64,000 nucleotides of DNA from Patescibacteria group bacterium. Lineage in GTDB: Bacteria; Patescibacteriota; Patescibacteriia; Magasanikbacterales; GWA2-37-8. The first letter of the stretch is position 1. Every line of letters starts with the position of its first letter. The position numbers and the translations under genes are program-made. This document shows positions 1-9,696 of this stretch, piece by piece. The stretch covers positions 32,001 to 96,000 of the forward strand of contig SCQK01000007.1 of NCBI GenBank assembly GCA_004321885.1, read 5' to 3'. A model generated the notes under the pieces. The model worked only from the letters and a program-made list of their open reading frames with translations, had not been told where the DNA came from and did no database searches.

Positions 1-50
1 ATTCGCCTTGGCAATGGCGATTTTGTACTTGGCGCCGTATAGTTTTTTCC

Positions 51-632
51 TTATTTTTTTGTTTCGCATAATTTTTCTAAATATCTGGCTATCACGTCCA
101 CCTCAATATTCACCCTATCCCGGACTTTTATATTTTTCAAATTCGTTATCTCGCGCGTGTGGCTAATGAGCGCCACGCGAAACCGCTCGCCCATGTCCTC
201 GGCAATAGTCAAACTGATGCCGTTTATCGCCACCGTGCCCTTGCGCGCCAAGTAAACGCGCAATTCCGGCGGCGAACTTATCACCAACTCGGCGTACTCG
301 CCGACTGTTTTAATTTCTTCCACCGCGCCCACGCCGTCCACATGCCCCAGCACAAAATGCCCGTCCAGCCGCTCGCCGACTTTTAGCGACTTTTCCAGAT
401 TTACGTCATCTCCAACTTTCAGCGCGGAAAAATTGGTCACGCGAAAGGTCTCGGGCATGATTTCTATTTGAAAACTGTCGCCGTCTAACGCGATTACTGT
501 CGTACACACCCCGTTTACCGCGATGCTGTCGCCGATTTTTATATCCGCCAAAAAATTCTTCACGGTAATCGTAAAGATATGGTTGGAAATTTCTTTTACT
601 ACGCCGACTGTTTCAATAATGCCGGTAAACAT
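51..632 (-). CDS. ribE: Riboflavin synthase alpha subunit. The ORF extends to 677, but the canonical N-terminus MFTGIIETVG begins at 632. The upstream 15 codons (MVDGFPRLSRGNDNC) are a translated copy of a palindromic element.
   Basis: MFTGIIE..VGVVK N-terminus, with two lumazine-binding repeats visible in the translation (..GDS.AVNGVCLTV.. twice). The palindrome cccccgacttagtcggggg lies at 646-664. Confidence 0.8.
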   Translation of the reverse strand: MFTGIIETVGVVKEISNHIFTITVKNFLADIKIGDSIAVNGVCTTVIALDGDSFQIEIMPETFRVTNFSALKVGDDVNLEKSLKVGERLDGHFVLGHVDGVGAVEEIKTVGEYAELVISSPPELRVYLARKGTVAINGISLTIAEDMGERFRVALISHTREITNLKNIKVRDRVNIEVDVIARYLEKLCETKK

Positions 633-677
633 ACAATTGTCATTCCCCCGACTTAGTCGGGGGAATCCATCAACCAT

Positions 678-2264
678 TCAAAACAACGTTCGCTCGGCCC
701 GCTGTTTGCTAAGCTCGGACAAAAACCGGCCCACAAATTCCTGGGGACTGCGGCCAAGCGCCACGAAATCGTATAGCAGAAGCGCCACCACCATGGCCGC
801 GTGAAGCTCTTCCCAGCGCTGTTCTCGCGCGCGCGTCCAGGCCGGATGGCTGGTGTTGATATAGGCCGTGTCTTCAAAAATTCGGCCGAGCTGGTCTTTA
901 TCAGCGCCGGTAAACGGCTCCAGCGCCAGCTTCAGGCCGGGCTTGCTTACCCGCTTTTGCCGCTCGCCATCGGGGTCGGATTTTAGGACTGAATTTTTTT
1001 CCCGCTCGCTATTTTTTTGTGCCGCATCGCCCAAACCCAAACGCAGCGTTTCTTCTTTTCCTTTTTTTTTCGCCTTTGAAGCATCAGCCCCAGCCGCCGC
1101 TTTTACCGTTAAGCGCCTCACACCGATGACGTCTTCCAGCTCCGGAAAATCACCGGCCAGATTTCCCAAAACATCTTCAATGCGCCTGGCTAGGGGTTTC
1201 ATGTTCGCCGGCGCTTTCACCGCGGCCTCGGTCGCGCTGTCTTCACCAAACATTTTAAGGATAGGTAAAATCGCTCCCTGAATCGCTTTACGGAAGCGAT
1301 AGTATTTTTTCAAACTGGCCGCGTCGGTCAAAAAACCGTCCTTGTTGGTGGTAAGCAACGTGGACAAAGCCGGAATTTCCACCAGCCCCACCAACTGATA
1401 GGCTGACTTGGGAGATACGCCCGCCCATTCCCAGCCGGTTTTAATCACTTTGCCGTAGGTGGAAACGGCCAGACCCGAAGCCAGGGAAAGCGGCGCCGGC
1501 TTGCCGCCGGTGATTTTATCCAGCCAGCCCGCCTCGCGGTCTTTGAAGGCGATAAATCCATACCCGATTGGTCTTCTTTGTTTGGGCAGGCGCACTTCAA
1601 ACCATTTGTCATTATGGCGGCCGATGTCATCGGGCAAAACCACGCGCCGGCCGTTCACGAAAAACTCCACGCCTTTTTTGTAAACGTGCCGCAAAATTTT
1701 TTCATTCATCCCATGGTTGAGCAGGGGATAAAAATGTTTGATGATGGCGCGTTCTATGAACCCTTCGCCCAAAATCTTTTCCGTCGGCGAACGCCCGCCG
1801 GCCGGACGAGCAGGTAAAACAATGCTCACGCTGGAGCCGCGCGGGTGCGGAATAGTATCGCTGGAGGGAACAAACTTCCACGGCGCGCGAAACAGACCCG
1901 ACAGCCGCCACTCCGAGGCGCAGCGGCCGCCATGGGGACCGCGCGTTTCCGTCACCACGCTGTCGGCTAAAATCAAAGACAGTTTGGCCCCCACGCCGGC
2001 AAAGCCGATGCCTTCGCCGCGCACTTTGTCCGAAGAAGCGATGTTGTGATATTCGCGAAACTGCGGCCGGCTCATGCCGCGCCCGTTGTCCACGCAGGTA
2101 ACGCGCGCCTGCCCCAGGTCGGTAAAAAAATCCACCCGCGTGGCGCCCGAATCCAGGGCGTTGGCCACTAACTCGGTGATAATCACTTCTTCTATCGGCG
2201 AACTATAGCTGTCGCGGATGTCTTCCAAGAGGTGCTTCAAATTTATCCGTGTTTCATTGGACAT
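678..2264 (-). CDS. GHKL-superfamily ATPase (HATPase_c-like N-terminal domain; MutL/Hsp90/MORC-like) with a long C-terminal region of unknown function. The gene is GC-rich relative to its neighbours.
   Basis: Motifs ELVANALDSGATRVD (N-box), DNGRGMS (G1 box) and IGFAGVGAKLS (G2-like). A 528 aa ORF with no frame conflicts. Confidence 0.6.
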   Translation of the reverse strand: MSNETRINLKHLLEDIRDSYSSPIEEVIITELVANALDSGATRVDFFTDLGQARVTCVDNGRGMSRPQFREYHNIASSDKVRGEGIGFAGVGAKLSLILADSVVTETRGPHGGRCASEWRLSGLFRAPWKFVPSSDTIPHPRGSSVSIVLPARPAGGRSPTEKILGEGFIERAIIKHFYPLLNHGMNEKILRHVYKKGVEFFVNGRRVVLPDDIGRHNDKWFEVRLPKQRRPIGYGFIAFKDREAGWLDKITGGKPAPLSLASGLAVSTYGKVIKTGWEWAGVSPKSAYQLVGLVEIPALSTLLTTNKDGFLTDAASLKKYYRFRKAIQGAILPILKMFGEDSATEAAVKAPANMKPLARRIEDVLGNLAGDFPELEDVIGVRRLTVKAAAGADASKAKKKGKEETLRLGLGDAAQKNSEREKNSVLKSDPDGERQKRVSKPGLKLALEPFTGADKDQLGRIFEDTAYINTSHPAWTRAREQRWEELHAAMVVALLLYDFVALGRSPQEFVGRFLSELSKQRAERTLF

Positions 2265-2312
2265 ATCTCGTTTCTCTTTTTAATTACCAAAAACTGACTC
2301 ATTTCTAATATG

Positions 2313-3116
2313 TTAGAAACTCTGCGCCAATACCTTCCGTACTTCATCAACCAACTCCGAGGCGCTGTAATTAAATCCGAACTTTTTCCAGAGCGCGTCG
2401 CCGGCCGCGCCATTTGCGTAAAGCCCGGCGCCGGCGGCGAGTAGCGGCTCGTTTTTTGCCAATAGTCCCACGATGAGTCCGGAGAGCACATCGCCAGTTC
2501 CGCCTTTGGTCATTCCTTGGTTGCCGATAACATTACACCAAACCTTGCCATTTTGGCAAACATAGCTTTGCCAGCCTTTTAGTACGATGACGCCGGGATA
2601 TTTTTTGGAAATCAGCCGCGCGTTTTGGGCGGTCGCTTTTTTCTTAAACATTGCCTGAAATTCTCCGGCATGCGGGGCAAGCACGCAATTTTTGTGCAGC
2701 AATTTCAAATCCACCACGCGTAAAGCGCCGGCGTCCAGCACAATTTTCTTTTCCGGAAAAGCGCGCAAAATTCCATTGACCAATTTTTTTGTTTTCTCGT
2801 TTGGCATCAGCCCGGGCCCCAGCAGTATCGCATCACTGTTCCACACTGTCATCCCGACTGAGTCGGGATCCCTTTCTTCAACACGAATAAACTCCGCCAA
2901 CCCCTCGCGCAATTTTTTTATCAACGCAAAATTTTCTTTACTCGCATACACATACACCAAATCAACTAACTTGGCCGCCATCGTCGCGCACAAAATTAGA
3001 GAGCCGTGATATTTTTCCGAGCCGGCGGCAATCAAAACAATCCCGTTCTCGCCCTTGCGGCTCTTTCGCGGCGGCTGGTACAATTTTTTCAACCAGTTTT
3101 TATCTATCTTAATCAT
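2313..3116 (-). CDS. nnr: ADP-dependent NAD(P)H-hydrate dehydratase (YjeF C-terminal domain). An in-frame palindromic element gives the insert RDPDSVGMT.
   Basis: GENGIVLIAAGSEKYHGS, APHAGEF and GGTGDVLSG motifs. The element cccgactgagtcggg lies at 2853-2867 inside the CDS. Confidence 0.8.
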   Translation of the reverse strand: MIKIDKNWLKKLYQPPRKSRKGENGIVLIAAGSEKYHGSLILCATMAAKLVDLVYVYASKENFALIKKLREGLAEFIRVEERDPDSVGMTVWNSDAILLGPGLMPNEKTKKLVNGILRAFPEKKIVLDAGALRVVDLKLLHKNCVLAPHAGEFQAMFKKKATAQNARLISKKYPGVIVLKGWQSYVCQNGKVWCNVIGNQGMTKGGTGDVLSGLIVGLLAKNEPLLAAGAGLYANGAAGDALWKKFGFNYSASELVDEVRKVLAQSF

Positions 3117-3122
3117 AACACA

Positions 3123-3155
3123 TTGTCATTCCGGCCCAAGAGCCGGAATCCAGTC
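3123..3155. repeat. Hairpin repeat of the TGTCATTCC..GGAATCC family (intergenic).
   Basis: The sequence cattgtcattccggcccaagagccggaatcc is a perfect stem-loop. Confidence 0.7.
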
Positions 3156-4248
3156 AATTTATTTTTCTCACAACTCCCTTCTCCGCGTCCACCTCCACCA
3201 TATCGCCGTCTTTGAAAACCTGCGTGGCGATTTTGGTGCCGATGACGCAGGGAATGCCGAGTTCGCGCGACAGAACCGCCGCGTGCGACAACACGCCTCC
3301 CTCGTCCGTTACTACTGCCGCGCTGTTTTTCACTATTTCCATCAGTTGAGGATTGGTAGAGCTGGCAACCAGAATATAATTATTTATTGCGATTTTTCCG
3401 GTGTTGTTCTCCAAAAGCAGAACCTTGCCTGCGGCTTTCCCGGCGCAGGCCGGATACCCTTTAATCAACTTCGGCGCTTCTTTTATCTTAAAAAATTCAT
3501 CGTCAATTTTTTTTACCATCGCCGGATTTGAAATAATAAGTTCGCGCTCGCCCCGCTCTACAAATAAATAAAAAAATCCGTTGCGCCGTTTATTCAGCTC
3601 ATTCAGTTCGCCCGCGCTCAATCGCTCTTTATCTAAAAATTTTTTCATTTCCGCGACAGAAAGCAAAGCCAGCAAATCGCCGCTAAACTTCTTTCGCCGC
3701 CCCACATTATTCGCCGCGTCCGCCAGCATTTTTTCTATTTCAGGATAAAATTGAGCCATTTTTTCGCGGTTACGACTAATAGTTTTTATATATTTCGGCA
3801 GGGCCTTTTCGTTATTCCCGACAAAACGCCAAAAACAATTGATAATGCCGATAGCGGCCATAAAATTCGGATACTGCGCGGTCAACGCTTTAAGAAATTT
3901 TTCCGGCCGTGAAGAAATATATCGCCTGTGCTTCAAAATTTCGTTTTGGCATCTGGCAAAAATTCTTTCTGCGGGTTCAAAAGCCATTTTAGTTAATTTG
4001 TCAAAATTCTTTTGCGCAAATTTTTTGGTGCGGTTGATTACTTTCTGCTCATCATACATGGAATGCCAAAAATTCACGCGCCCCTTGCCCGCCACGGCGC
4101 CATACGATATTTTTATCTGCTTTCTTAACAGCTTCGTGTAACCAAGCCCAACGGCGCTTAATGAAAACAACGACATGCATCTTTGAGTGGCAGGCCTCAA
4201 TTTATGCTTTTGAATCAATCTTTTTAGTTGGCCAAAATCAACGGCCAT
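3154..4248 (-). CDS. PEP-utilizing enzyme mobile (swivel phosphohistidine) domain protein. It has no ATP-grasp domain. Paralog 1 of 3.
   Basis: C-terminal motif AAVVTDEGGVLSHAAVLSRELGIPCVIGTK..DGDMVEVDAEKGVV, which matches the PEP-utilizers swivel domain. Confidence 0.65.
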   Translation of the reverse strand: MAVDFGQLKRLIQKHKLRPATQRCMSLFSLSAVGLGYTKLLRKQIKISYGAVAGKGRVNFWHSMYDEQKVINRTKKFAQKNFDKLTKMAFEPAERIFARCQNEILKHRRYISSRPEKFLKALTAQYPNFMAAIGIINCFWRFVGNNEKALPKYIKTISRNREKMAQFYPEIEKMLADAANNVGRRKKFSGDLLALLSVAEMKKFLDKERLSAGELNELNKRRNGFFYLFVERGERELIISNPAMVKKIDDEFFKIKEAPKLIKGYPACAGKAAGKVLLLENNTGKIAINNYILVASSTNPQLMEIVKNSAAVVTDEGGVLSHAAVLSRELGIPCVIGTKIATQVFKDGDMVEVDAEKGVVRKIN

Positions 4249-4278
4249 ATGCCGATAATATACACCACCCTGCTAAAT

Positions 4279-4307
4279 TTGACAAAAACGCGAATTTGTG
4301 CTATAAA
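4279..4307 (+). promoter_or_regulatory. Sigma70-like promoter (TTGACA, 17 bp spacer, TATAAA, with an extended -10 TG) upstream of the high-GC phosphatase gene.
   Basis: ttgacaaaaacgcgaatttgtgctataaa. This is nearly identical in architecture to the promoters at 20513 and 57328. Confidence 0.5.
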
Positions 4308-4552
4308 AAACTGCTTGTTTTGTGTGAATGAAACACCACGGGCTTACGCCCGGGGAACTGCGTTAGAATATTAGCCAATCTTGGCTAACTTTCCCTAAAC
4401 AAGAGCACTTTGAAAAGGGAAAAGTACTCTTGAAAAGCATTTTGATTGTCATTCTTGCCCGTGAGCAGGAATCCAGTCAGGATGCTTTTCAGGAGGATAG
4501 GAACCCCGATTAGTCCGGCAAGGAGCCGGACACCACTGACAAGGAGAGAGAA

Positions 4553-5149
4553 GTGAAGACAATCATCGTTGTGAGGCATCCCGAGAAGGACGGAGACAAG
4601 ATCACGGCACTCGGTGCCATGCAGGCCTTCGCGACCGCGCTGGCGCTCGGCGCCATGTTCCCGAAGATTACCCAGATCCTGTGGTCGGGCGCGAACCGCG
4701 CCTGGCAGGCAGCGATGGTGACCTTGGCCGCGCTCGGTGGCGATGGCCGCTGGCTCAAAGAGAGCCGCGGCTTCCACTTCGAACCGACATTCACGAACGT
4801 CTACGGCAAGGACGCCCCCGCGGCGTTCAAGGCCGAGACGGCCGCCATCAAGGAGCGACTCGGCAAGTCCGCCCTCACCGTCGCCGACGCATTGGAACAC
4901 AGCGAGTACGCGCGCCAGGGCCGAGTGGTTATGACGGACACACTCTTCAAGCTCGCCAGCACGATGAAGGACGACGACGTGGTGCTGGCCGTCAGTCACT
5001 CGCCGTGGTTGGAGCTCGCCGCACTCGACCCGGCGACCATGCCCTACGGCATCGGCGAGGCCGAAGCTGTGGCCTACCACATAGAGGACAGCAAAATCCT
5101 GACCATAGAGCGGGTGTTGTCCTCGCTGGCCGGCAAGGCCAACTGCTGA
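4553..5149 (+). CDS. Histidine phosphatase superfamily protein (phosphoglycerate mutase / SixA-like). It lies in a high-GC patch at about 4380-5260 that is probably horizontally acquired.
   Basis: IIVVRHPEKDGDKITALGAMQA resembles the RHG catalytic motif region. GC content is far above the flanking sequence. The patch splits a tandem paralog family. Confidence 0.55.
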   Translation: MKTIIVVRHPEKDGDKITALGAMQAFATALALGAMFPKITQILWSGANRAWQAAMVTLAALGGDGRWLKESRGFHFEPTFTNVYGKDAPAAFKAETAAIKERLGKSALTVADALEHSEYARQGRVVMTDTLFKLASTMKDDDVVLAVSHSPWLELAALDPATMPYGIGEAEAVAYHIEDSKILTIERVLSSLAGKANC

Positions 5150-5268
5150 CAGCGGACGTCTCCCTCCCTCGCCGGCCCCGCCCGGCGGCCCATTTCCCAA
5201 AACTCAAAGTGCAACGCGCCCACGGTTTCCCGCGGGCGCTTTGTTTTTTTAAAAAATTATCTATCAAT

Positions 5269-5721
5269 TCAGCTTAATCCCAAAGCCGGCTTCATTTTGC
5301 TTACGTCCACTTCCAATTTTTCAACACGCTCTTCCAGTTTCGTGGTCGCGTGGACGGTTAAAGTAAGCTCTTGGTCTTTCTTTTCCATCAGACCAACAAT
5401 CTTATCCAGTGAATTTGATAACTTGCCAATGTCATTCTTGGTCGCCATTGTCTCTTCCATACGTTCCAACCGTTCCGTATGGTCAACAACCGTGCGCGCG
5501 ATTAAATCAAGCCGCTCCTCATGATCCGCGAGTTTTTTATCAATCTTATCAAACCTCTCATCGTGCTCTTTGAATTTGGCATCATGCTCAATGAATTTTT
5601 GGTTAATTTTTCCAAAATTTCCATCATGCTCAACGAGTTTCTGATTCACTTTTTCAAGATTGCCTCCGAGCTCGTTGAGTTTTTGCATTATAGCGTCGGT
5701 CATATGGTCGTATTGTATCAT
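5269..5721 (-). CDS. Coiled-coil repeat protein of unknown function, with internal repeats (KxxEHDxxFxKINQKFIEHD).
   Basis: A 150 aa ORF. The nucleotide-level tandem repeats of about 45 bp at 5520-5660 encode repeated heptad-rich units. Confidence 0.45.
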   Translation of the reverse strand: MIQYDHMTDAIMQKLNELGGNLEKVNQKLVEHDGNFGKINQKFIEHDAKFKEHDERFDKIDKKLADHEERLDLIARTVVDHTERLERMEETMATKNDIGKLSNSLDKIVGLMEKKDQELTLTVHATTKLEERVEKLEVDVSKMKPALGLS

Positions 5722-5782
5722 TCACCAAAAACCGTGTCAAACTTGTCATGCTGAACTTGTTTCAGCATCTCCGTTCGCGGTT

Positions 5783-7258
5783 TCATATTTTTCTCACAAT
5801 CCCCTTCTCCGCGTCCACTTCCACCATATCCCCGTCTTTGAAAATCTTTGTAGCTATTTTTGTAGCAATAACGCACGGCTTTTTCATCTCGCGAGCCACA
5901 ATGGCCGCGTGACAAATGAGACCGCCTTCGTCCGTCACAATGGCGGCCGCCCTTTTCATCGCCGGCACCATATCCGGATCAGTCATGGAACTGACCAAAA
6001 TTTCTCCTTCCAACAAATTCTGCGCTTGGTATTCCATTTTTATCACTCTCACCCTGCCTTTTACTTTTCCGCGATAAGCCACAGCTCCTTTCACTTCCTT
6101 AACTTCTTCATGTCCAAGTCCCAGAAACTTATCAACAAATTTTCTCGCCTTATCTCCGCTGCCATCAACTATTTTTCCCCTACTAAGAAGGCAATAATAA
6201 TAGCCGAACCGTTCATTGATTACTTTTTTCAACCGCGGTCTACTTTTTTCATTCATCAGATAATCTCCCATCTGACGATAATTTAACTGCCGCAAAGATA
6301 TAACATCCATTCCAACTCGGTCGGCAATCGCCTGAAACAAAGGATAGGACCAAAGAATCGCGCGGCTCATTGCCGCCTTTCTGCCGTCGTTTGATATATT
6401 GATTCCTCGTAAATATTCTAAGATATTAAGTTCGGCGCGCGAAAATTTGTATTTTTTTAACAATTTTTGTCTTGCCCGCGAAATTTCACCCGGACCATTC
6501 AAAAGATTTTTCAATTCAACGGAAAAATTATTGTCTGAAAATGTTTTTCTAACCCCGGCGATAGCCAGGTTCAAATTTAAGGGTTGAACATGGTGGCTGA
6601 CCGGAACCCAATCAAAATTTCTAACGTAATTTTCAATTTGGCAATACAAAGCGGGGTGAAAACGTCCCAACTGTTCTATAACTTCTTCGTCGGTTTTTTT
6701 GAACAAAGATTCTAATTCATGTTGACGAACTTTCTTGGCAATATTTAATAAAGCAATCCGCTCGCGATTGTATTCTCCGAGCTCGGTGGAAGAAATCAAA
6801 ATTGACATGTCATCGGCCGGTACCGCGCACTTTAGTATGGTCGGCAATAGTGCACTAATCGCGCCATCCATAATTTTCGGAAAAGGATATAGCCCGAATT
6901 TTGCCGACAATAGCGCGACAAATTTATTAAGCAACCGGCTCAAAACATTTTTGTCAGCTTGGAAGCAATCCCGGAAACGAACTGAATGACAAAACTTAAG
7001 GAGTAGGGAGTCGGCACCTTTAATTACCGCGAGAATACGTGGAATTGAAGTCTTTTTTAACAGCCGCGCAATCCAATTCTTCGCGGCCAAATCATTTTTT
7101 GGATGATAATAAATTGATGTCAACTGCTTGTCCGTAATTGACACCCATCCGTCTAACTTTAAACCAACTCTCAATCCTTGCTCGCGAAAGCCCTTAACAA
7201 AAATGCTCATGTAAAAAGGCATTCTAATTCCGGCGGACATGAATTTTTTCCACTGCAT
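5783..7258 (-). CDS. PEP-utilizing enzyme mobile domain protein, paralog 2 of 3.
   Basis: C-terminus AAIVTDEGGLICHAAIVAREMKKPCVIATKIATKIFKDGDMVEVDAEKGIV. The 3' end shares nucleotide similarity with 3180-3260. Confidence 0.65.
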   Translation of the reverse strand: MQWKKFMSAGIRMPFYMSIFVKGFREQGLRVGLKLDGWVSITDKQLTSIYYHPKNDLAAKNWIARLLKKTSIPRILAVIKGADSLLLKFCHSVRFRDCFQADKNVLSRLLNKFVALLSAKFGLYPFPKIMDGAISALLPTILKCAVPADDMSILISSTELGEYNRERIALLNIAKKVRQHELESLFKKTDEEVIEQLGRFHPALYCQIENYVRNFDWVPVSHHVQPLNLNLAIAGVRKTFSDNNFSVELKNLLNGPGEISRARQKLLKKYKFSRAELNILEYLRGINISNDGRKAAMSRAILWSYPLFQAIADRVGMDVISLRQLNYRQMGDYLMNEKSRPRLKKVINERFGYYYCLLSRGKIVDGSGDKARKFVDKFLGLGHEEVKEVKGAVAYRGKVKGRVRVIKMEYQAQNLLEGEILVSSMTDPDMVPAMKRAAAIVTDEGGLICHAAIVAREMKKPCVIATKIATKIFKDGDMVEVDAEKGIVRKI

Positions 7259-7263
7259 ATTTT

Positions 7264-7932
7264 TTAGATTATTTCCACTGGCACGGTTGCCAGATTCTGA
7301 AATTTCTCGCCTTCTTCTTTGGCACCTATTACTTTATCATTGTAAACAAAATCTCCATAATGAATTGGCATCGCCATTTTTGGATTTATCATGGCCACGG
7401 CTTCGGCCGCTTCCTCGGCCGTCATCGTAAAAACGCCCGAAATCGGCAGCATGGCCACGTCAATGTTTTTTAGATTGGCCATCTCCGGTATTTTATCAGT
7501 ATCCCCGGCCACGTAAATTCGTTTTCCATCCAATTCAACAACGTAACCGACTTTATTTTCCTGGGGCGGATGAAATGGCACACCCGGAGAGCGAAATTTA
7601 TCAATATTATACGCCGGCACAGTCTCTATTTTAATTTTACCCAAGGATAAAAAATCCCCGGGCTTGACGTATTTTATTTCTTTTACCTCGAGACCGACTA
7701 ACTTCTCTTCACATTGCGCGGAAGCGATAACAGTGGTTTCTTCGTCGCAAATCTTTTTAATTTCATCAGGACTGCAGTGATCTTGATGTTCATGGGTGAT
7801 AAAAATATAATCCGCTTTTTCTATTTCCGACTCGGGCAAATTGAACGGGTCAAAAAATATGGTCACTCCTCCCCCTTTAATTTTTACTGCCGCGTGAAAT
7901 ACTTTTTTGATTTCCAATCCTTGATAGTCCAT
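7264..7932 (-). CDS. MBL-fold metallo-hydrolase.
   Basis: HEHQDH metal-binding motif. A 222 aa ORF. Confidence 0.7.
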   Translation of the reverse strand: MDYQGLEIKKVFHAAVKIKGGGVTIFFDPFNLPESEIEKADYIFITHEHQDHCSPDEIKKICDEETTVIASAQCEEKLVGLEVKEIKYVKPGDFLSLGKIKIETVPAYNIDKFRSPGVPFHPPQENKVGYVVELDGKRIYVAGDTDKIPEMANLKNIDVAMLPISGVFTMTAEEAAEAVAMINPKMAMPIHYGDFVYNDKVIGAKEEGEKFQNLATVPVEII

Positions 7933-7966
7933 ATGGGGGATGATTAAATTAATTTAGTATTTTCCT

Positions 7967-8200
7967 CACCACTCCCTTCTCCGCATCCACCCCAGCGCCA
8001 AAACTCGCTTCGCTCATTTGGTGCGGGGCATGCTTCCACCATTACTGTTCTATTCTCTTCACTATACCCTTGTTCGCATCAACTTCAACGAGGTCCCCGT
8101 CCTTAAAAACCTGCGTGGCGATTTTGGTGCCAATGACGCAGGGCTTTTTCATTTCGCGCGCCACAATTGCGGTACGCAAATAGTATACCTTCGTAGCAGT
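7967..8200 (-). pseudogene. Truncated remnant of a third PEP-utilizing swivel-domain paralog (C-terminal fragment only).
   Basis: The minus-strand translation ends ..KKPCVIGTKIATQVFKDGDLVEVDANKGIV. The nucleotide sequence is similar to the 3' ends at 3180-3260 and 5800-5880. There is no complete upstream ORF. Confidence 0.5.
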
Positions 8201-8517
8201 GTTTTTGCAACAAAAAACCGCCTTTACAGACGGCTTTTTGTTAAAAAATCATTGACTTCACAAATGTGACTCCGCCAGAGGCGGATTGATAACTGACACA
8301 AAATTTATTTCGCTTGCGCTCTTAAATTTTGGTCGTTATCAAAAAAACGCACAATGTCTATTCCTTCATCTTTGGCGACTGTTACCGCGATGGATTCCTG
8401 CTTGCGCAGGAATGACAGCGTGGACAATTTGCCAATCGACAGAGTATCACAGTGTTTCCACTGAGTATCTCCAGAAAGGAGGTGATCCATCCACAGCTTC
8501 CGCTACGGATGCCTTGT

Positions 8518-9285
8518 TCATGTTTCTCCCTATGTCGCCATAAGGCACGGACTATATCATCACCCGTTTTGAGAGAATTTTTTGCTTAGCCGGATGCCAT
8601 GAGCCGATAACTCGGATAAAATCTTGGAGCGAATTCGCTCTCACGAATATGCGCCAATAATCCGGGTCAACTCGCTTGCTGGGATTGTGAACTTTCCCGC
8701 AAACGATGCTCATTTTTTTCAACATCTGTTTAAGCTTGCATATCTTGGCTTTATCCTTTTGCACCAATTGTATATACAGCCGCGCTGTAATGTGGTGCGG
8801 AACGCCGCCTTCGGCGTCAAAGAATCCTCGAATATACGCTTTTTGTTCTTCGCGACTTTTTAGCCGCAATGGATCAAAACGGAAATCCAGAAATGACGCT
8901 AATGTTTCAAGAACATGGACATCTCTGTCTTTTCCTTCGCGATACATCCAAGACGAATAGCCAATCTTTTTTAGAAGTCGCTTTAGCGTTTTTAGCCAAC
9001 CGGTTCCCTTTTGTGAAAAACGGAATCTGCGGTTACTGCTAAATGTGCCGTCGTGCAATGCTCCTAAAAGATATGCTTTTATTTCTCCCCTTAACGGGGT
9101 TCGGCGTGTAGTCTCTGAGGGGTCAATCCCGACTAAGTCGGGACGACTTCCCTGCTGATTGACTGCACCGAAAACTTTTTCACTCATACTGCTATAGTGT
9201 AGCACAAGTAGTTTCGGATACACAGTGTTTCCAGCAAACAGCCGAATTTGTTTTTAGCGATTACTCGCTAAGAGTCGCAATTTGT
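8518..9285 (-). mobile_element. Insertion 1 in the 16S gene (near the 3' end, between CCTTGTT and ACGACTT). It carries a LAGLIDADG homing-endonuclease ORF and is probably a self-splicing intron.
   Basis: The exon sequence is interrupted and resumes at about 9285. The ORF 8552-9223 lies inside. Confidence 0.7.
8552..9223 (-). CDS. LAGLIDADG homing endonuclease, intron-encoded.
   Basis: Motifs YLLGALHDGTF and IRGFFDAEGG. An in-frame palindrome (SRPDLVGID) lies near the N-terminus. Confidence 0.75.
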   Translation of the reverse strand: MYPKLLVLHYSSMSEKVFGAVNQQGSRPDLVGIDPSETTRRTPLRGEIKAYLLGALHDGTFSSNRRFRFSQKGTGWLKTLKRLLKKIGYSSWMYREGKDRDVHVLETLASFLDFRFDPLRLKSREEQKAYIRGFFDAEGGVPHHITARLYIQLVQKDKAKICKLKQMLKKMSIVCGKVHNPSKRVDPDYWRIFVRANSLQDFIRVIGSWHPAKQKILSKRVMI

Positions 9286-9696
9286 TTACGACTTTACCCT
9301 AGTCACTGACCCTGCCTTAATTCCCCGAAGGAAACTTTGGGCATTGCCAGCTCCCGTGGTATGACGGGCGGTGAGTACAAGACCCGAGAACGTATTCAAC
9401 GCGCCGTGGCTGATGCGCGTTTACTAGCGATTCCGACTTCATGAAGGCGAGTTGCAGCCTTCAATCTGAACTGGGGCCGGTTTTGATGGGATTGGCTCCG
9501 CCTCGCGGCTTAGCGACCCATTGTACCGGCCATTGTAGCATGTGTGTAGCCCTGGACGTAAGAGCCATGCTGATTTGACGTCGTCCACCCCTTCCTCCCG
9601 GCCCGCTGTTCGCTTGCTTTCGCAAACGCCCAAAGGGCCGGGCGGTCTCGCGTGAATATTTAACACGCGACGTGGGTTGCGCTCGTTTCCCAACTT

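Noticed and set aside
4385-5277. ORFs of 271 aa (minus) and 198 aa (plus, alternative frame) overlapping the histidine phosphatase gene.
   Set aside because: High-GC DNA produces long spurious open frames. Their translations are Arg/Gly/Pro-rich and not protein-like. The plus-strand phosphatase frame has recognisable motifs and a promoter.
7933-8470. A 23S rRNA or the rest of an rRNA operon downstream of the 16S 3' end.
   Set aside because: No 23S landmarks are seen. The flanking sequence is an MBL hydrolase gene and a PEP-domain remnant, so the 16S appears unlinked.
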